Assembly: GCA_030390025.1 (NCBI GenBank)
Contig: JASTWF010000033.1
Span: 3,722,001-3,786,000 of the forward strand
DNA length: 64,000 bases
Origin: Squalus acanthias
Taxonomy: Eukaryota
Reading direction: 5' to 3'
Every line of letters begins with the position of its first letter. Within the stretch, counting starts at the first letter, position 1. The position numbers and the translations under genes were made by a program. Shown in pieces: positions 1-13,700 of the stretch. The notes under the pieces were generated by a model that was not told where the DNA came from, did not search any database, and was given only the letters and a program-made list of their open reading frames with translations.

Positions 1-3000
1 GACCAGTCCCGGGGGTTTGACCATTCCTAGAGGATTGACCTGTCCCGGGGGTTTGACCGGTCCCGGGGGTTTGACCAGTCCAGGGTTGTGACCAGTCCCG
101 GGGGATTGACCAGTCCCGGAGGTTTGTCGGGTCTGGGGGATTTGACCAGTCCCTGGGGTGTGACCAGTCCCGGGGTTTGACGGGTCCTGGGGGGTTTGAC
201 CAGTCCCGGGTGTTTAAACCGGTCCCGGGGTTTGACCGGTCCCCGGGAATTTGACCAGCCGGGGGTTTGACGGGTCCTGGGGGGTTGTGACAATTCCCGG
301 GCGTTTGACCAGTCACTGGGGGTTTGACCGGTCCCGGGGGTGTGACCTGTCTCGGTTGTGTGACCTGTCCCGGGGGTGTGACCAGTCCCGGGGGTTTGAC
401 CGGTCCCGGGGGTTGACCGGTCCCGGGGTTTGAACAGTCCCTGGGGTTTGACCAGTCCGAGGGGATTGACCAGTCCCGGGGGTTTTGACCAGTCCCGGCG
501 GTTTGACCTGTCCCGGGGGTTTGACCAGTCCCGGGGGTTTGAACAGTCCCGGGGGATTGACCAGTCCCGGGGGTTTGACCAGTTCCGGCGGTTTGACCAG
601 TCCCAGGGGTTTGACCAGTCCCGGGGGTGACCAGTCCCGGGGGTTTGACCAGTCCCTGGGGTGACCTGTCCCGGGGGATTTAACCTGTCCCGGGCGTTTG
701 ACCTGTCCTGGGGTTGTGACCGGTCCCGGGGGTTTGTCCAGTCCCGGGTGTTTGACCAGTCCCGGGGGTGTGACCTGTCCCGGGGTTTTGACCAGTCCCA
801 GGGGTTTGACCTGCCCCGGGTTTTTGACCGGTCCCGGGGGTTTGACCTGTCCTGGGGGTTTGACCGGTCCCGGGGGTGTGCTCTGTCCCGGGTTTGTGAC
901 CTGTCCCGGGGGTGTGACCAGTCCCGGTGGTTTGACCGTTCCCGTGGGTTTGACCGGTCCCGGGGTATTGACCAGTCCCGGGGGCTTGACCAGTCCCGGG
1001 GGTTTGACCAGTCCCAGGGGTTTGACCAGTCCTGGGGGTGTGACCAGTCCCGGGGGTTTGACCAGTCCCCAGGTGTTTGACCGGTCCAGGGGTTTGACCG
1101 GTCCCGGGGGTTTGACCGGTCCCCAGGGGTTTGACGGTCCAGGGGGTTTGACCGGTCCCGGGGGTTTGACCAGTCCCAGGGGATTGACCAGTCCCGGGGG
1201 TTTGACCAGTCCCGGGGTTTTGACCGGTACGGGGGTTTGACCAGTCCCAGGGGATTGACCAGTCCCGGGGATTTGACCAGTCCCGGTGGTTTGACCAGTC
1301 CCTGGGGTTTGAACAATCCTGGGGGTTTGAACGGTCCCCGGGGTGTGACCGGTCTATGGGTTTGACCAGTCCCGGGGAGTTTGACCGGTCCCGGGGTTTT
1401 GACCGGTCCCGGGGGTTTGACCAGTCCCGGGGGTTTGACAAAACCCGGGGGTTTGACCAGTCCAGGGTGTTTGACCTGTCCCGGGGGTGTGACATGTCCC
1501 GGGGGTGTGACCTGTACTGGGGGTGTGACCAGTCCCGGGGGGGTGACCAGTCCCGGGGGTTTGAATAGTCCTGGGGGTTTGACCAGTCCCGGGTGTTTGA
1601 CCTGTCCAGCGGGTTTGACCAGCGCGGAAGTTGTTACCAGTCCTGGGGGTTTTGTCCTGTCCCAGGTGTTTGACCGGTCGCGGGGGTTTGACCTGTCCCT
1701 GGGGGTTTGACCAGTCCCCGGGGTTTGAACGGTCCAGGGTTAGACCGGTTCCCATGGGGTTTTGACCAGTCCCGGGGTTTTGACCGGAATCGCCGGGGTG
1801 TGACCTTCCCGGGGTTTGACCAGTCCCCAGGGGTTTTGGAACGGTCCAGGGTGTTTTGACTGGTCCCATGGGTTTGACCATTCCCGGGGTATTGACCGGT
1901 CCCGGGGGTGTGACCTTCCCGGGGTGTGACCTGTCCCGGTGGTTAGAACAGTCCCGCAGGGTTTTGACAGTCCCTGGGGTTTGTCGTTCCGGGCTTTGTC
2001 CGCCTGCGGTTTTGTGGCAGTCACCCGGAGGTTTGACCGGTCCCGGGGGTATTACCAGTCCCGGGGGTTGTCCGGTCCCGGGGGTTTGACTGCTCCCAGG
2101 GGGTTTGACCAGTCCCGGGGGTTTGACCAGTCCCAGGGGATTGACCAGTCCCGGGGTTTGACCGGTCCCGGGGGTCTGACCAGTCCGGGGGTGTTACCAT
2201 TCCCTGGGGATTGACCCTGTCCTGGAGGTTTGACGGGTCCTGGGGATTTGACCTTGGGGGTAGTCCGGTTCCGGGGCTTTGACCGGTCCTGGGGTGTGTG
2301 GCAGCACCCGAGTGTTTGACCGATCGAGGTGGTTTGACCGGTCCCTTGGGGTTGTCCGGGTTCGAGGGTTTGACTGCTCGCAAGGGTATTGACCAGTCCC
2401 GGGGGTTTGACCAGTCCAGGGGATTGAACAGTCCCAGGTGTTTGACGGTCCCGGGGGTGTGACCAGTCCCGGGGGTTTGACCAGTCCCGGGGGTTTGACC
2501 AGTCCCGGGGGTTTGGACCAGTCCCTGGTGTTTGACCAGTGCCGGGGATTGACTAGTCCCGGAGGTTTGACCGGTCCCGGGGGTTTCACCGTTCCCGGGG
2601 GTGTCACCAGTCCCGGGGGGTTGACCTGTCCCGTGGATTTTACCTGTCCCGGGGGTATGACCTGTCCCGAGGGTTTGACCTGTCCGGGGGGTTGACCGTC
2701 CCGGGGGTTTGACCGGTGGGGGTTTGGTTTGACCGGTCCCGGGGTTTGACCGGTCACGGGGGATTGACCAGTCCCGGAGGTTTGACGGGTCCTGGTGGGT
2801 TTGACCAGTCCCGGGGGTTTGACCAGTCCCGGGGGTGTGAACTGCCCAGGGGTTTGACCTGTCCCGGGTTTTTGACCGGTCCCGGGGGTTTGACCAGTCC
2901 CGGGGTTTGACCAGTCCCGGGGGTGTGACACCAGTCCCGGGGTTTGACCAGTCCCCAGGTGTTTGACCGGTCCAGGGGGTTTGACCGGTCCCGGGGGTTT

Positions 3001-4251
3001 GACCAGTCCCAGGGGATTGACCAGACCCGGGGGTTTGACCAGTCCCAGGGTTTTGACCGGTCCCGGGGGTTTGACCAGTCCCAGGGGATTGACTAGTCCC
3101 GGGGGTTTGACCAGTCCCGGTGGTTTGACCAGTCCCTGGGGTTTGAACAATCCTAGGGGTTTGAACGGTCCCCGGGGTGTGACCGGTCTATGGGTTTGAC
3201 CAGACCCGGGGAGTTTGACTGGTCCCGGGGTTTTGACCGGTCCCGGGGGTTTGACCAGTCCCGGGGGTTTGACCAAACCCGGGGGTTTGACCAGTCCCGG
3301 GGGTTTGACCTGTCCCGGGGGTGTGACCTGTCCCGGGGGTGTGACCTGTCCCGGGGGTGTGACCAGTCCCCAGGGGGTGACCAGTCCCGGGGGTTTGAAC
3401 AGTCCCGGGGGTTAGACCAGTCCCGGGGTTTTGACCAGTCCAGCGGTTTTACCAGCGCCGGAAGTATAACCAGTCCTGGGGGTTTGTCCTGTCCCAGGTG
3501 TTTGACCGGTTGCGGGGGTTTGACCTGTCCCGGGTGTTTGACCAGTCCTGGGTGTTTGACCAGTCCCGGGGGTTTGACCTTCCCGGGGGTGTGACCTGTC
3601 CCGGGGGGGTGACCTGTCCCGGGGGTTAGAACAGTCCCGGGGTTTTTACCAGTCCCGGGGGTTTGACCAGTCCAGGGGGTGTGACCTGGCCCAGGGGTTT
3701 GACCTGTCCCGGGGTTTTGAACTGTCCCGGGGGTTTGACCAGTCCCGGGGGTTTGACCAGTCCAGGGGGATTGACCGGTCCCATGGGTTTGAGCAGTCCC
3801 GGGGGATTGACCAGTCCTGGGGGTTTGAGCAGTCCCGGGGGTTTGACCAGTCCCGGGGAGTTTGACCAGTCCCAGGGGTGTGACCAGTCCCGGGGGTTTG
3901 ACCAGTCCCCAGGGGTTTGACCGGTCCAGGGGGTTTGACCGGTCCCGGGGGTTTGACCAGTCCCGGGGGTTTGACCAGTCCCGGGGGTTTGACCAGTCCC
4001 CGGGGTTTTGACCGTCCCGGGGGTTTGACCAATCCGGGGGTTTGACCAGTCCCGGGGAGTTTGACCAGTCCCGGGGGTTTGACCAGTCCCGGGGGTTTGA
4101 ACAGTCCCGGGGTTAGACCAGTCCCGGGGTTTTGACCAGTCCAGCGGTTTTACCAGCGCCGGAAGTATAACCAGTCCTGGGGGTTTGTCCTGTCCCAGTG
4201 TTTTGACCGGTTGCGGGGTTTGACCTGTCCCGGGTGTTTGACCAGTCCTGG
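1..4251 (+). repeat. 18-bp GC-rich tandem satellite, segment left of the gap
   Basis: Continuous monomers GACC[A/G/T]GTCCCGGGGGTTT with substitutions and many 1-bp indels. Confidence 0.98.
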
Positions 4252-4751
4252 NNNNNNNNNNNNNNNNNNNNNNNNNNNNNNNNNNNNNNNNNNNNNNNNN
4301 NNNNNNNNNNNNNNNNNNNNNNNNNNNNNNNNNNNNNNNNNNNNNNNNNNNNNNNNNNNNNNNNNNNNNNNNNNNNNNNNNNNNNNNNNNNNNNNNNNNN
4401 NNNNNNNNNNNNNNNNNNNNNNNNNNNNNNNNNNNNNNNNNNNNNNNNNNNNNNNNNNNNNNNNNNNNNNNNNNNNNNNNNNNNNNNNNNNNNNNNNNNN
4501 NNNNNNNNNNNNNNNNNNNNNNNNNNNNNNNNNNNNNNNNNNNNNNNNNNNNNNNNNNNNNNNNNNNNNNNNNNNNNNNNNNNNNNNNNNNNNNNNNNNN
4601 NNNNNNNNNNNNNNNNNNNNNNNNNNNNNNNNNNNNNNNNNNNNNNNNNNNNNNNNNNNNNNNNNNNNNNNNNNNNNNNNNNNNNNNNNNNNNNNNNNNN
4701 NNNNNNNNNNNNNNNNNNNNNNNNNNNNNNNNNNNNNNNNNNNNNNNNNNN
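4252..4751. other. Assembly gap of exactly 500 N
   Basis: Run of N from 4252 to 4751. The round size suggests a scaffolding placeholder rather than a measured distance. Confidence 0.98.
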
Positions 4752-7700
4752 GACCAGTCCCGGGGGTTTGACCAGTCCCAGGGGATTGACCAATCCCGGG
4801 GGTTTGACCTGTCCTGGGTGTTTGACCAGACCCAGGGGATTGACCAGTCCCAGGGATTTTGACCAGTCCCGGGGGTTTTGACCAGTCCCGTGGGTTTGAC
4901 CAGTCCCGGGGGTTTGACCGGACCTGGGGGTTTGACCAGTCCCGGGGGTTATGACCAGTCCCGGGGGTTTGACCGGTCCCGGGGGTTTGACCAGTCCCGG
5001 GGGTTTGACCAGTCCCTGGGGGTTTGACCAGACCCCGGGGTTTGACCAGTCCTGGGGTTGTGACCGGTCCCAGGGGATTGACCAGTCCCGGGGGTTTGAC
5101 CAGTGCTAGAGGATTGACCTGTCCCGGGGGTTTGACCAGTCCCGGGGGTGTGACCAGTCCCAGTGGTGTGACCAGTCCCGGGGGATTGACCAGTCCCGGG
5201 GGTGTGACCTGTCTCGGTTGTGTGACCTGTCTCGGTTGTGTGACCTGTCCCGGGGGTGTGACCAATCCCGGGGGTTTGACCTGTCCTGGGTGTTTGACCA
5301 GACCCAGGGGATTGACCAGTCCCGGGGATTTTGACCAGTCCCGGGGGTTTGACCGGTCCCGGGGTTTTGACATGTCCTGGGGGTTTGACCAGTCCCAGGG
5401 GATTGACCAGTCCCGGGGGTTTGACCAGTCCCGGCGGTTTGACCTGTCCCGGGGGGTTTGACCAGACGCGGGGGTTTGAACAGTCCCGGGGGTTTGACCA
5501 GTCCCGGGGGTTTGACCAGTCCCGGGGGGTTTGACCAGTCCCGGGGGTTTGACCGGTCCCGGGGGTGTGATCTGTCCCGGGGGATTTAACCTGTCCCGGG
5601 CGTTTGACCTGTCCTGGGGTTGTGACCGGTCCCGGGGGTTTGTCCAGTCCCGGGTGTTTGACCAGTCCCGGGGGTGTGACCTGTCCCGGGGTTTTGACCA
5701 GTCCCAGGGGTTTGACCTGCCCCGGGGTTTTGACCGGTCCCGGGGGTTTGACCTGTCCTGGGGGTTTGACCGGTCCCGGGGGTGTGATCTGTCCCGGGTT
5801 TGTGACCTGTCCCGGGGGTGTGACCAGTCCGGTGGTTTGACCGTTCCCGGGGGTTTGACCGGTCCCGGGGTTATGACCAGTCCCAGGGGCTTGACCAGTC
5901 CCAGGGGATTTACCAGTCCCGGGGGTTTGACCAGTCCCGGCAGTTTGAGCTGTCCCGGGGGGTTTGACCAGTCCCGGGGGTTTGAACAGTCCCGGGGGAT
6001 TTACCAGTCCCGGGGGTTTGACCAGTCCCGGGGGTTTGACCAGTCCCGGGGGTTTTGACCAGTCCCGGGGGGGTGACAAGTCCCGGGGGTTTGACCAGTC
6101 CCGGGGGTTGGACCAGTCCCGGGGGTTTGTCCGGACCCAGGGGTTTGACTGGTCCCAGGTGTTTGAGCTTTCCCGGGGTTTTGACCGGTGCCGGGTGTTT
6201 GACCAGTACCGGGGTTTTGACCGGTCCCGGGGGTTTGACCAGTCCCAGGGGTTTGACATGTCCCGGGGGTTTGACAAGTCCCGGGGGATTGACCGATCCC
6301 GGGATTTGACCTGTCCCGTGGGTTTGACCAGTCCTGGGGGTTTGACCAGTCCCGGGGTTTTGACAGGTCCCGGGGGTTTGACCGGTCCCGGGACTTTGAC
6401 AGGTTCTGGGGGTTTGACTGGTCCCGGGGGATTGACCAGTCCCGGGGGTTTGACCAGTCACAGGGGATTGACCAGTCCCGGGGGGTTTGACCAGTCCCTG
6501 GGAATTGACCAGTCCCGGGGGTTTGACCAGTCCCGGGGGTTTGACCAGTCCCGGGGGGTGTGACCATTCCCGGGGGTTTGAACAGTACCAGGGGATTGAC
6601 CAGTCCCGGGGGTTTGACCAGTCCCGGGGGTTTGACCAGTCCCGGGGGCTTGACCGGTCCCGGGGGGTATGACCAGTCCCGGGGGATTGACCGGTCCCGG
6701 GGGATTGACCGGTCCCGGGGGTTTGACCGGTCCCGGGGTTTTGACCAGTCCCCGGGGGTTCGACCAGACCCGGGGGTTTGACCTGTCCCAGGGGATTGAC
6801 CAGTCCCGGGGGTTTGACCAGTCCCAGAGGATTGACCAGGCCCGGGGATTTGACCGGTCCCGGGGGTGTGACCAGTCCCGGGGGTTTGTCGAGTCCTGGG
6901 GGATCTGACCAGTCCCGGCGGTGTGACCAGTCCCAGGGGATTGACCAGTCCCGTAGGTTTGACCAGTCCCGGCGATTTGACCTGTCCCAGAGGTTTGAAC
7001 AGTCCCGTGGGATTGACCAGTCCCGGGGGTTTGACCAGTCCCGGGGGTTTGAACAGTCCCGTGGGATTGACCAGTCCCGGGGGTTTGAACAGTCCCGGGG
7101 GGGGTGACAAGTCCCGGGGGTTTGACCTGTCCCGGGGGTCTGACCTGTCCCGGGGGTGTGACCGGTCACGGGGATTTGACCAGTCCTGAGGGTTTTACCA
7201 GTCCCGGGGGTTTGACCAGTCCCAGGCGATTGACCAATCCCGGGGGTTTGACCTGTCCTGAGTGTTTGACCAGACCAAGGGGATTGACCAGTCCCGAGGA
7301 TATTGACCAGTCCCGGGGGTTTTGACCAGTCCCGTGGGTTTGACCTGTCCCGGGGGTTTGACCAGTCCCGGGTATTTGACCGGTCCCGGGGGTTTGACCA
7401 GTCCTGGGGGTTTGACCATTCCCGGGGGTTTGAATGGTCCCGGGGGTTTGACCGGTCCCGGGGGTTTGACAGGTTCTGGTGGTTTGACCGGTCCGGGAGG
7501 TTTGACCAGTCCCGGGGGATTGACCAGTCCCGGGGTTTTGACCAGTCCCAGGGGATTGACCAATCCTGGGGGGTTTGACCAGTCCCAGGGGTATTGACCA
7601 GTCCCGGGGGTTTGACCGGTCCCGAGGGTTTGACCATCCCGGGGGTGTGACCATTCCCGTGGGTTTGACCAGTCCAGGGGGATTGACCAGTCCCGGGGGT

Positions 7701-10700
7701 TTGACCAGTCCCTGGGGTTTGACCAGTCCCGGGGGTTTGACCGTTCCCGGGGGGTATCACCAGTCCCGGGAGTTTGACCGGGGCCGGGGTTTGACCGGTC
7801 CCGGGGGTTCGACCAGTCACCGGGGGTTTGACCAGACCCGGGGGTTTGACCAGTCCCGGGGTTGTGAACCGGTCCCGGGGGTTTGACCTGTCCCAGGGGA
7901 TTGACCATCCCGGGGGTTTGACCACTCCCAGAGGATTGACCTGTCCCGGGGGTTTGACCGGTCCCGGGGGTGTGACCAGTCCCAGGGGTGTGACCAGTCC
8001 CGGGGGATTGACCAGTCCCGGAGGTTTGTCGGGTCCTGGGGATTTGACCAGTCCCTGGGTGTGACCAGTCCCGGGGGTTTGACGGGTCCTGGGGGGTTTG
8101 AACAGTCCCGGGTGTTTGACCGGTCCCGGGGTTGTCACCGGTCCCGGAGGTTTGACGGCTCCTGGGGGGTTTGACCAGTCCCGGGGGAGTGACCAGTCCC
8201 GGGGGTTTGACGGGTCCTGGGGGGTTTGACCAGTTCCGAGTGTTTGACCGGTGCCGGGTGTTTGACCTTTCCGGGAGTTTGCCCGGTCCCGGGGGATTGA
8301 TCGTTCCTGGAGGTTTGACGGGTCATGGGGGGTTTGACCAGTCCCGGGGGTGTGACCAGTCCTGGGGGTTTGACCGGTCCCGGGGGTTTGACCAGTCCCG
8401 GGGGTTTGACCAGTTCCGGGGGTGTGACCAGTCCCGGGGGTGTGACCGTTCCCGGGGGCTTGACCTGTCCCGGGGGATTTAACCTGTCCCGGGCGTTTGA
8501 CCTGTCCTGAGGTTTTGACCTGTCCCAGGGGTATGTCCTGCCCCGGGGTTTTGACCGGTCCCGGGGGTTTGACCTGTCCTGGGGGTGTGACCAGTCCCGG
8601 GGGTTTGACCGTTCCCGTGGGTTTGACCGGTCCCGGGGTTTTGACCAGACCCGGGGGTTTGACCAGTCCCGGGGTTGTGATCGGTCCCAGGGGATTGACC
8701 AGTCCCGGTGGTTTGACCTGTCCCAGGGGATTGACCAGTCCCGGGGGTTTGACCAGTCCCGGGAGTGTGACCTGTCTCGGTTGTGTGACCTGTCCCGGGG
8801 GTGTGACCAGTCCCGGGGGTTTGACCGGTCGCGGGGGTTTGACCGGTCCCGGGGTTTTGACATGTCCTGGGGGTTTGACCAGTCCCAGGGGATTGACCAG
8901 TCCCGGGGGTTTGACCAGTCCCGGCGGTTTGACCTGTCCAGGGGGGTTTGACCAGTCCCGGGTGTTTGAACAGTCCCGGGGGATTAACCAGTCCCGTGGG
9001 TTTGACCAGTCCCGGGGGTTTGACCAGTCCCGGGGGGTTTGACCAGTCCTGGGGGGGTGACAAGTCCCGGGGGTATGACCAGTCCCGGGGGTGACCAGTC
9101 ACGGGGGTTTGACCAGTCCCGGGGGTTTGACCAGTCCCGGGGGTTTGACCAGTCCCGGGGGTTTGACCAGTCCCGGGGGTTTGACCAGTCCCGGGGGTTT
9201 GACCAGTCCCCGGGGGTTTGACCAGTCCCGGGGGTGTGACCAGTCCCGGGGGTTTGACCAGTCCCGGGGGTTTGACCAGTCCCGGGGGTTTGACCAGTCC
9301 CGGTGGTTTGACCTGTCCCGGGGGCTTTGACCAGTCCCGGGGGGTTGACCAGTCCCGGCGGTTTGACCTGTCCCGGTGGGTTTGACCAGTCCCGGGGGTT
9401 TGAACAGTCCCGGGGGATTGACCAGTCCCGGGGGTGTGACCAGTCCCGGGGGGTTGACCAGTCCCGGCGGTTTGACCTGTCCCGGTGGGTTTGACCAGTC
9501 CCGGGGGTTTGAACAGTCCCGGGGGATTGACCAGTCCCGGGGGTGTGACCAGTCCCGAGGGTTTGACCAGTCCGGGGGGCCTGACCGGTCACGGGGTTTT
9601 GACCAGTCCTGGGGGTTTGACCAGTCCCGGGGGTTTGACCAGACCCAGGGGATTGAACAGTCCCGGGGATTTTCACCAGTCCCGGGGGTTTTGACCAGTC
9701 CCGGGGGTTTGACCAGTCCCGGGGGATTGTCCGGTTCCGGGGTTTTGACTGGTCCCGGGTGTTTGACCTTTCCGGGGGTTTTGACCGGTCCCGGGGGTTT
9801 GACCAGTCCCAGGGGTTTGACCTGTCCCGGAGGTTTGACCAGTCCCGGGGGTTAGACCGATCCCGGGGGCTTGACCTGTCCCGGGGGTTTGACCAGTCCT
9901 GGAGGTTTGACCAGTCCCGGGGTTTTGAACGGTCCCGGGGGTTTGACCGGCCCCGGGGGTTTGACAGGTTCTGGGGGTTTGACTGGTCCCGGAGTTTTGA
10001 CCAGTCCCGGGGGATTGACCAATCCCGGGGGTTTGACCAGTCCCAGGGGATTGACCAGTCCCGGGGGATTGACCAGTCCTGGGGGTTTGACCGGTCCCGG
10101 GGGTTTGACCAGTCCTGGGGGTTTGACCGGTCCCGGGGGTTTGACCAGTCCCGGGTGGGTGACCAGTCCCGGGGGTTTGAACAGTCCTGGGGGTTAGACC
10201 AGTCCCGGGGTTTTGACCAGTCCAGCGGTTTTACCAGCGCCGGAAGGTTGACCAGTCCTGGAGGTTTGACTTGTCCCGGGGGTTTGACCGGTCGCGGGGG
10301 TTTGACCGGTCCCGGGGGTTTGACCAGTCCCGGGTGTTTGACCTGTCCCGGGGGTGTGAACTGTCCCGGGGGTGTGACCAGTCCTGGGGGGGTGACCTGT
10401 CCCTGGGGTTTGACCAGTCCTGGGGGTTAGAACAGTCCCAGGGTTTTAACCAGTCCAGGGGTTTGTCCGGTTCCGGGGCTTTGTCCGGTCCTGCGGTTTG
10501 TGGCAGCACCCGGAGGTTTGACCGGTCCCGGGGGGGTTTGAACGGTCCCTGGGGGATAACCAGTCCCGGGGGTTGACCTGTCCCGGGGGTTTGACTGCTC
10601 CCAGGGTGTTTGACCAGTCCCGGGGGTTTGACCAGTCCCAAGGGATTGACCAGTCCCGGGGGATTGACCAGTCCCAGGGGATTGACCAGTCCCTGGGGTT

Positions 10701-13700
10701 TGACCGGTCCCGGGGGTGTGACCAGTCCCGGGGGTGTTACCATTCCCTGGGGATTGACCTGTCCTGGAGGTTTGACGGGTCCTGGTGTATTTGACCGGTC
10801 CCTTGGGGTAGTCCGGTTCCAGGGCTTTGACCGGTCCTGGGGTGTGTGGCAGCACCCGGGTGTTTGACCGGTCCAGGTGGTTTGACCGGTCCCTTGGGGT
10901 TGTCCGGTTCCGAGGGTTTGACTGCTCGCAAGGGTATTGACCAGTCCCGGGGGTTTGACCAGTCCCAGGGGATTGAACAGTCCCAGGGGTTTGACCGGTC
11001 CCGGGGGTGTGACCAGTCCCGGGGGTTTGACCAGTCCCGGGGGTTTGACCAGTCCCGGGGGTTTGACCAGTCCCTGGTGTTTGACCAGTGCCGGGGGTTT
11101 GACCATTCCCGGGGGTTTGAATGGTCCCGGGGGTTTGACCAGTCCCGGGGGTTTGACCAGTCCCTGGTGTTTGACCAGTGCCGGGGGTTTGACCATTCCC
11201 GGGGGTTTGAATGGTCCCGGGGGTTTGACCGGTCCCGGGGGTTTGACAGGTTCTGGTGCTTTGACCGGTCCGGGAGGTTTGACCAGTCCCGGGGGATTGA
11301 CCAGTCCCGGGGTTTTGACCAGTCCCAGGGGATTGACCAGTCCTGGGGGGTTTGACCAGTCCCAGGGTATTGACCAGTCCCGGGGGTTTGACCGGTCCCG
11401 AGGGTTTGACCAGTCCCGGGGGGTGTGACCATTCCCGGGGGTTTGACCAGTACCAGGGGATTGACCAGTCCCGGGGGGTTTGACCAATCCCTGGGGTTTG
11501 ACCAGTCCCGGGGGTTTGACCGTTCCCGGGGGGTATCACCAGTCCTGGGAGTTTGACCGGTCCCGGGGGTTTGACCGGTCCCGGGGGTTTGACCAGTCCC
11601 CGGGGGTTTGACCAGACCCGGGGGTTTGACCAGTCCCGGGGTTGTGACCGGTCCCAGGGGATTGACCAGTCCCGGTGGTTTGACCTGTCCCAGGGGATCG
11701 ACCAGTCCCGGGGGTTTGACCAGTCCCAGAAGATTGACCTGTCCCGGGGGTTTGACCGGTCCCGGGGGTGTGACCAGTCCCGGGGGTGTTACCAGTCCCA
11801 GGGGTGTGACCAGTCCCGGGGGATTGACCAGTCCCGGAGTTTTGTCGGGTCCTGGGGGATTTGACCAGTCCCTGGGGTGTGACCAGTCCCGGGGGTTTGA
11901 CGGGTCCTGGGGGGTTTGAACAGTCCCGGGTGTTTGACCGGTCCCGGGGTTGTCACCGGTCCCGGAGGTTTGACGGATCCTGGGGGGTTTGACCAGTCCC
12001 GGGGGAGTGACCAGTCCCGGGGGTTTGACGGGTCCTGGGGGGTTTGACCAGTTCCGGGTGTTTGACCGGTGCCGGGTGTTTGACCTTTCCGGGAGTTTGC
12101 CCGGTCCCGGGGGATTGATCGTTCCTGGAGGTTTGACGGGTCATGGGGGGTTTGACCAGTCCCGGGGGTGTGACCAGTCCTGGGGGTTTGACCGGTTCCG
12201 GGGGTGTGACCAGTCCCGGGGGTGTGACCGTTCCCGGGGGCTTGACCTGTCCCGGGGGATTTAACCTGTCCCGGGCGTTTGACCTGTCCTGAGGTTTTGA
12301 CCAGTCCCAGGGGTTTGACCTGCCCCGGGGTTTTGACCTGTCCCGGGGGTTTGACCTGTCCTGTGGGTGTGACCAGTCCCGGGGGTTTGACCGTTCCCGT
12401 GGGTTTGACCGGTCCCGGGGTTTTGACCAGACCCGGGGGTTTGACCAGTCCCGGGGTTGTGACCGGTCCCAGGGGATTGACCAGTCCCGGTGGTTTGACC
12501 TGTCCCAGGGGATTGACCAGTCCCGGGGGTTTGACCAGTCCCGGGGGTGTGACCTGTCTCGGTTGTGTGACCTGTCCCGGGGGTGTGATCAGTCCCGGGG
12601 GTTTGACCGGTCCCGGGGGTTTGACCGGTCCCGGGGTTTTGACATGTCCTGGGGGTTTGACCAGTCCCAGGGGATTGACCAGTCCCGGGGGTTTGACCAG
12701 TCCCGGCGGTTTGAGCTGTCCCGGGGGGTTTGACCAGTCCCGGGTGTTTGAACAGTCCCGGGGGATTGACCAGTCCCGTGGGTTTGACCAGTCCCGGGGG
12801 TTTGACCAGTCCCAGGGGGTTTGACCAGTCCCGGGGGGGTGACAAGTCCCGGGGGTATGACCAGTCCCGGGGGTGACCAGTCCCGGGGGTTTGACCAGTC
12901 CCGGGGGTGTGACCAGTTCCGGGGGTTTGACCAGTCCCGGGGGTCTGACCTGTCCCGGGGGTTTGACCAGTCCCGGTGGTTTGACCTGTCCCGGGGGCTT
13001 TGACCAGTCCCGGGGGGTTGACCAGTCCCGGCGGTTTGACCTGTCCCGGTGGGTTTGACCAGTCCCGGGGGTTTGAACAGTCCCGGGGGATTGACCAGTC
13101 CCGGGGGTGCGACCAGTCTCGGGGCTTTGACCAGTTCCGGGGATTGACCAGTCCCGGGGGTTTGACCAGACCCAGGGGATTGAACAGTCCCGGGGATTTT
13201 CACCAGTCCCGGGGGTTTTGACCAGTCCCGGGGGTTTGACCAGTCCCGGGGGATTGTCCGGACCCGGGGTTTTTTACTGGTCCCGGGTGTTTGACCTTTC
13301 CGGGGGTTTTGACCGGTCCCGGGGGTTTGACCAGTCCCAGGGGTTTGACCTGTCCCGGAGGTTTGACCAGTCCCGGGGGTTAGACCGATCCCGGGGGCTT
13401 GACCTGTCCCGGGGGTTTGACCAGTCCTGGGGGTTTGACCAGTCCCGGGGTTTTGAATGGTCCCGGGGGTTTGACCGGCCCCGGGGGTTTGACAGGTTCT
13501 GGGGGTTTGACTGGTCCCGGAGTTTTGACCAGTCCCGGGGGATTGACCAATCCCGGGGGTTTGACCAGTCCCAGGGGATTGACCTGTCCCGGGGGATTGA
13601 CCAGTCCTGCGGGTTTGACCGGTCCCGGGGGTTTGACCAGTCCCGGGGGTTTGACCAGTACAAGGGGATTGACCAGTCCCGGGGGTTTGACCAGTCCCGG

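Noticed and set aside
3408..3420. Telomere-like GGGTTAG in some monomers
   Set aside because: A single-base variant of GGGTTTG; no tandem TTAGGG anywhere that I could see.
4113..5373. ORFs spanning the poly-X stretch
   Set aside because: Artefacts of translating through the N gap.
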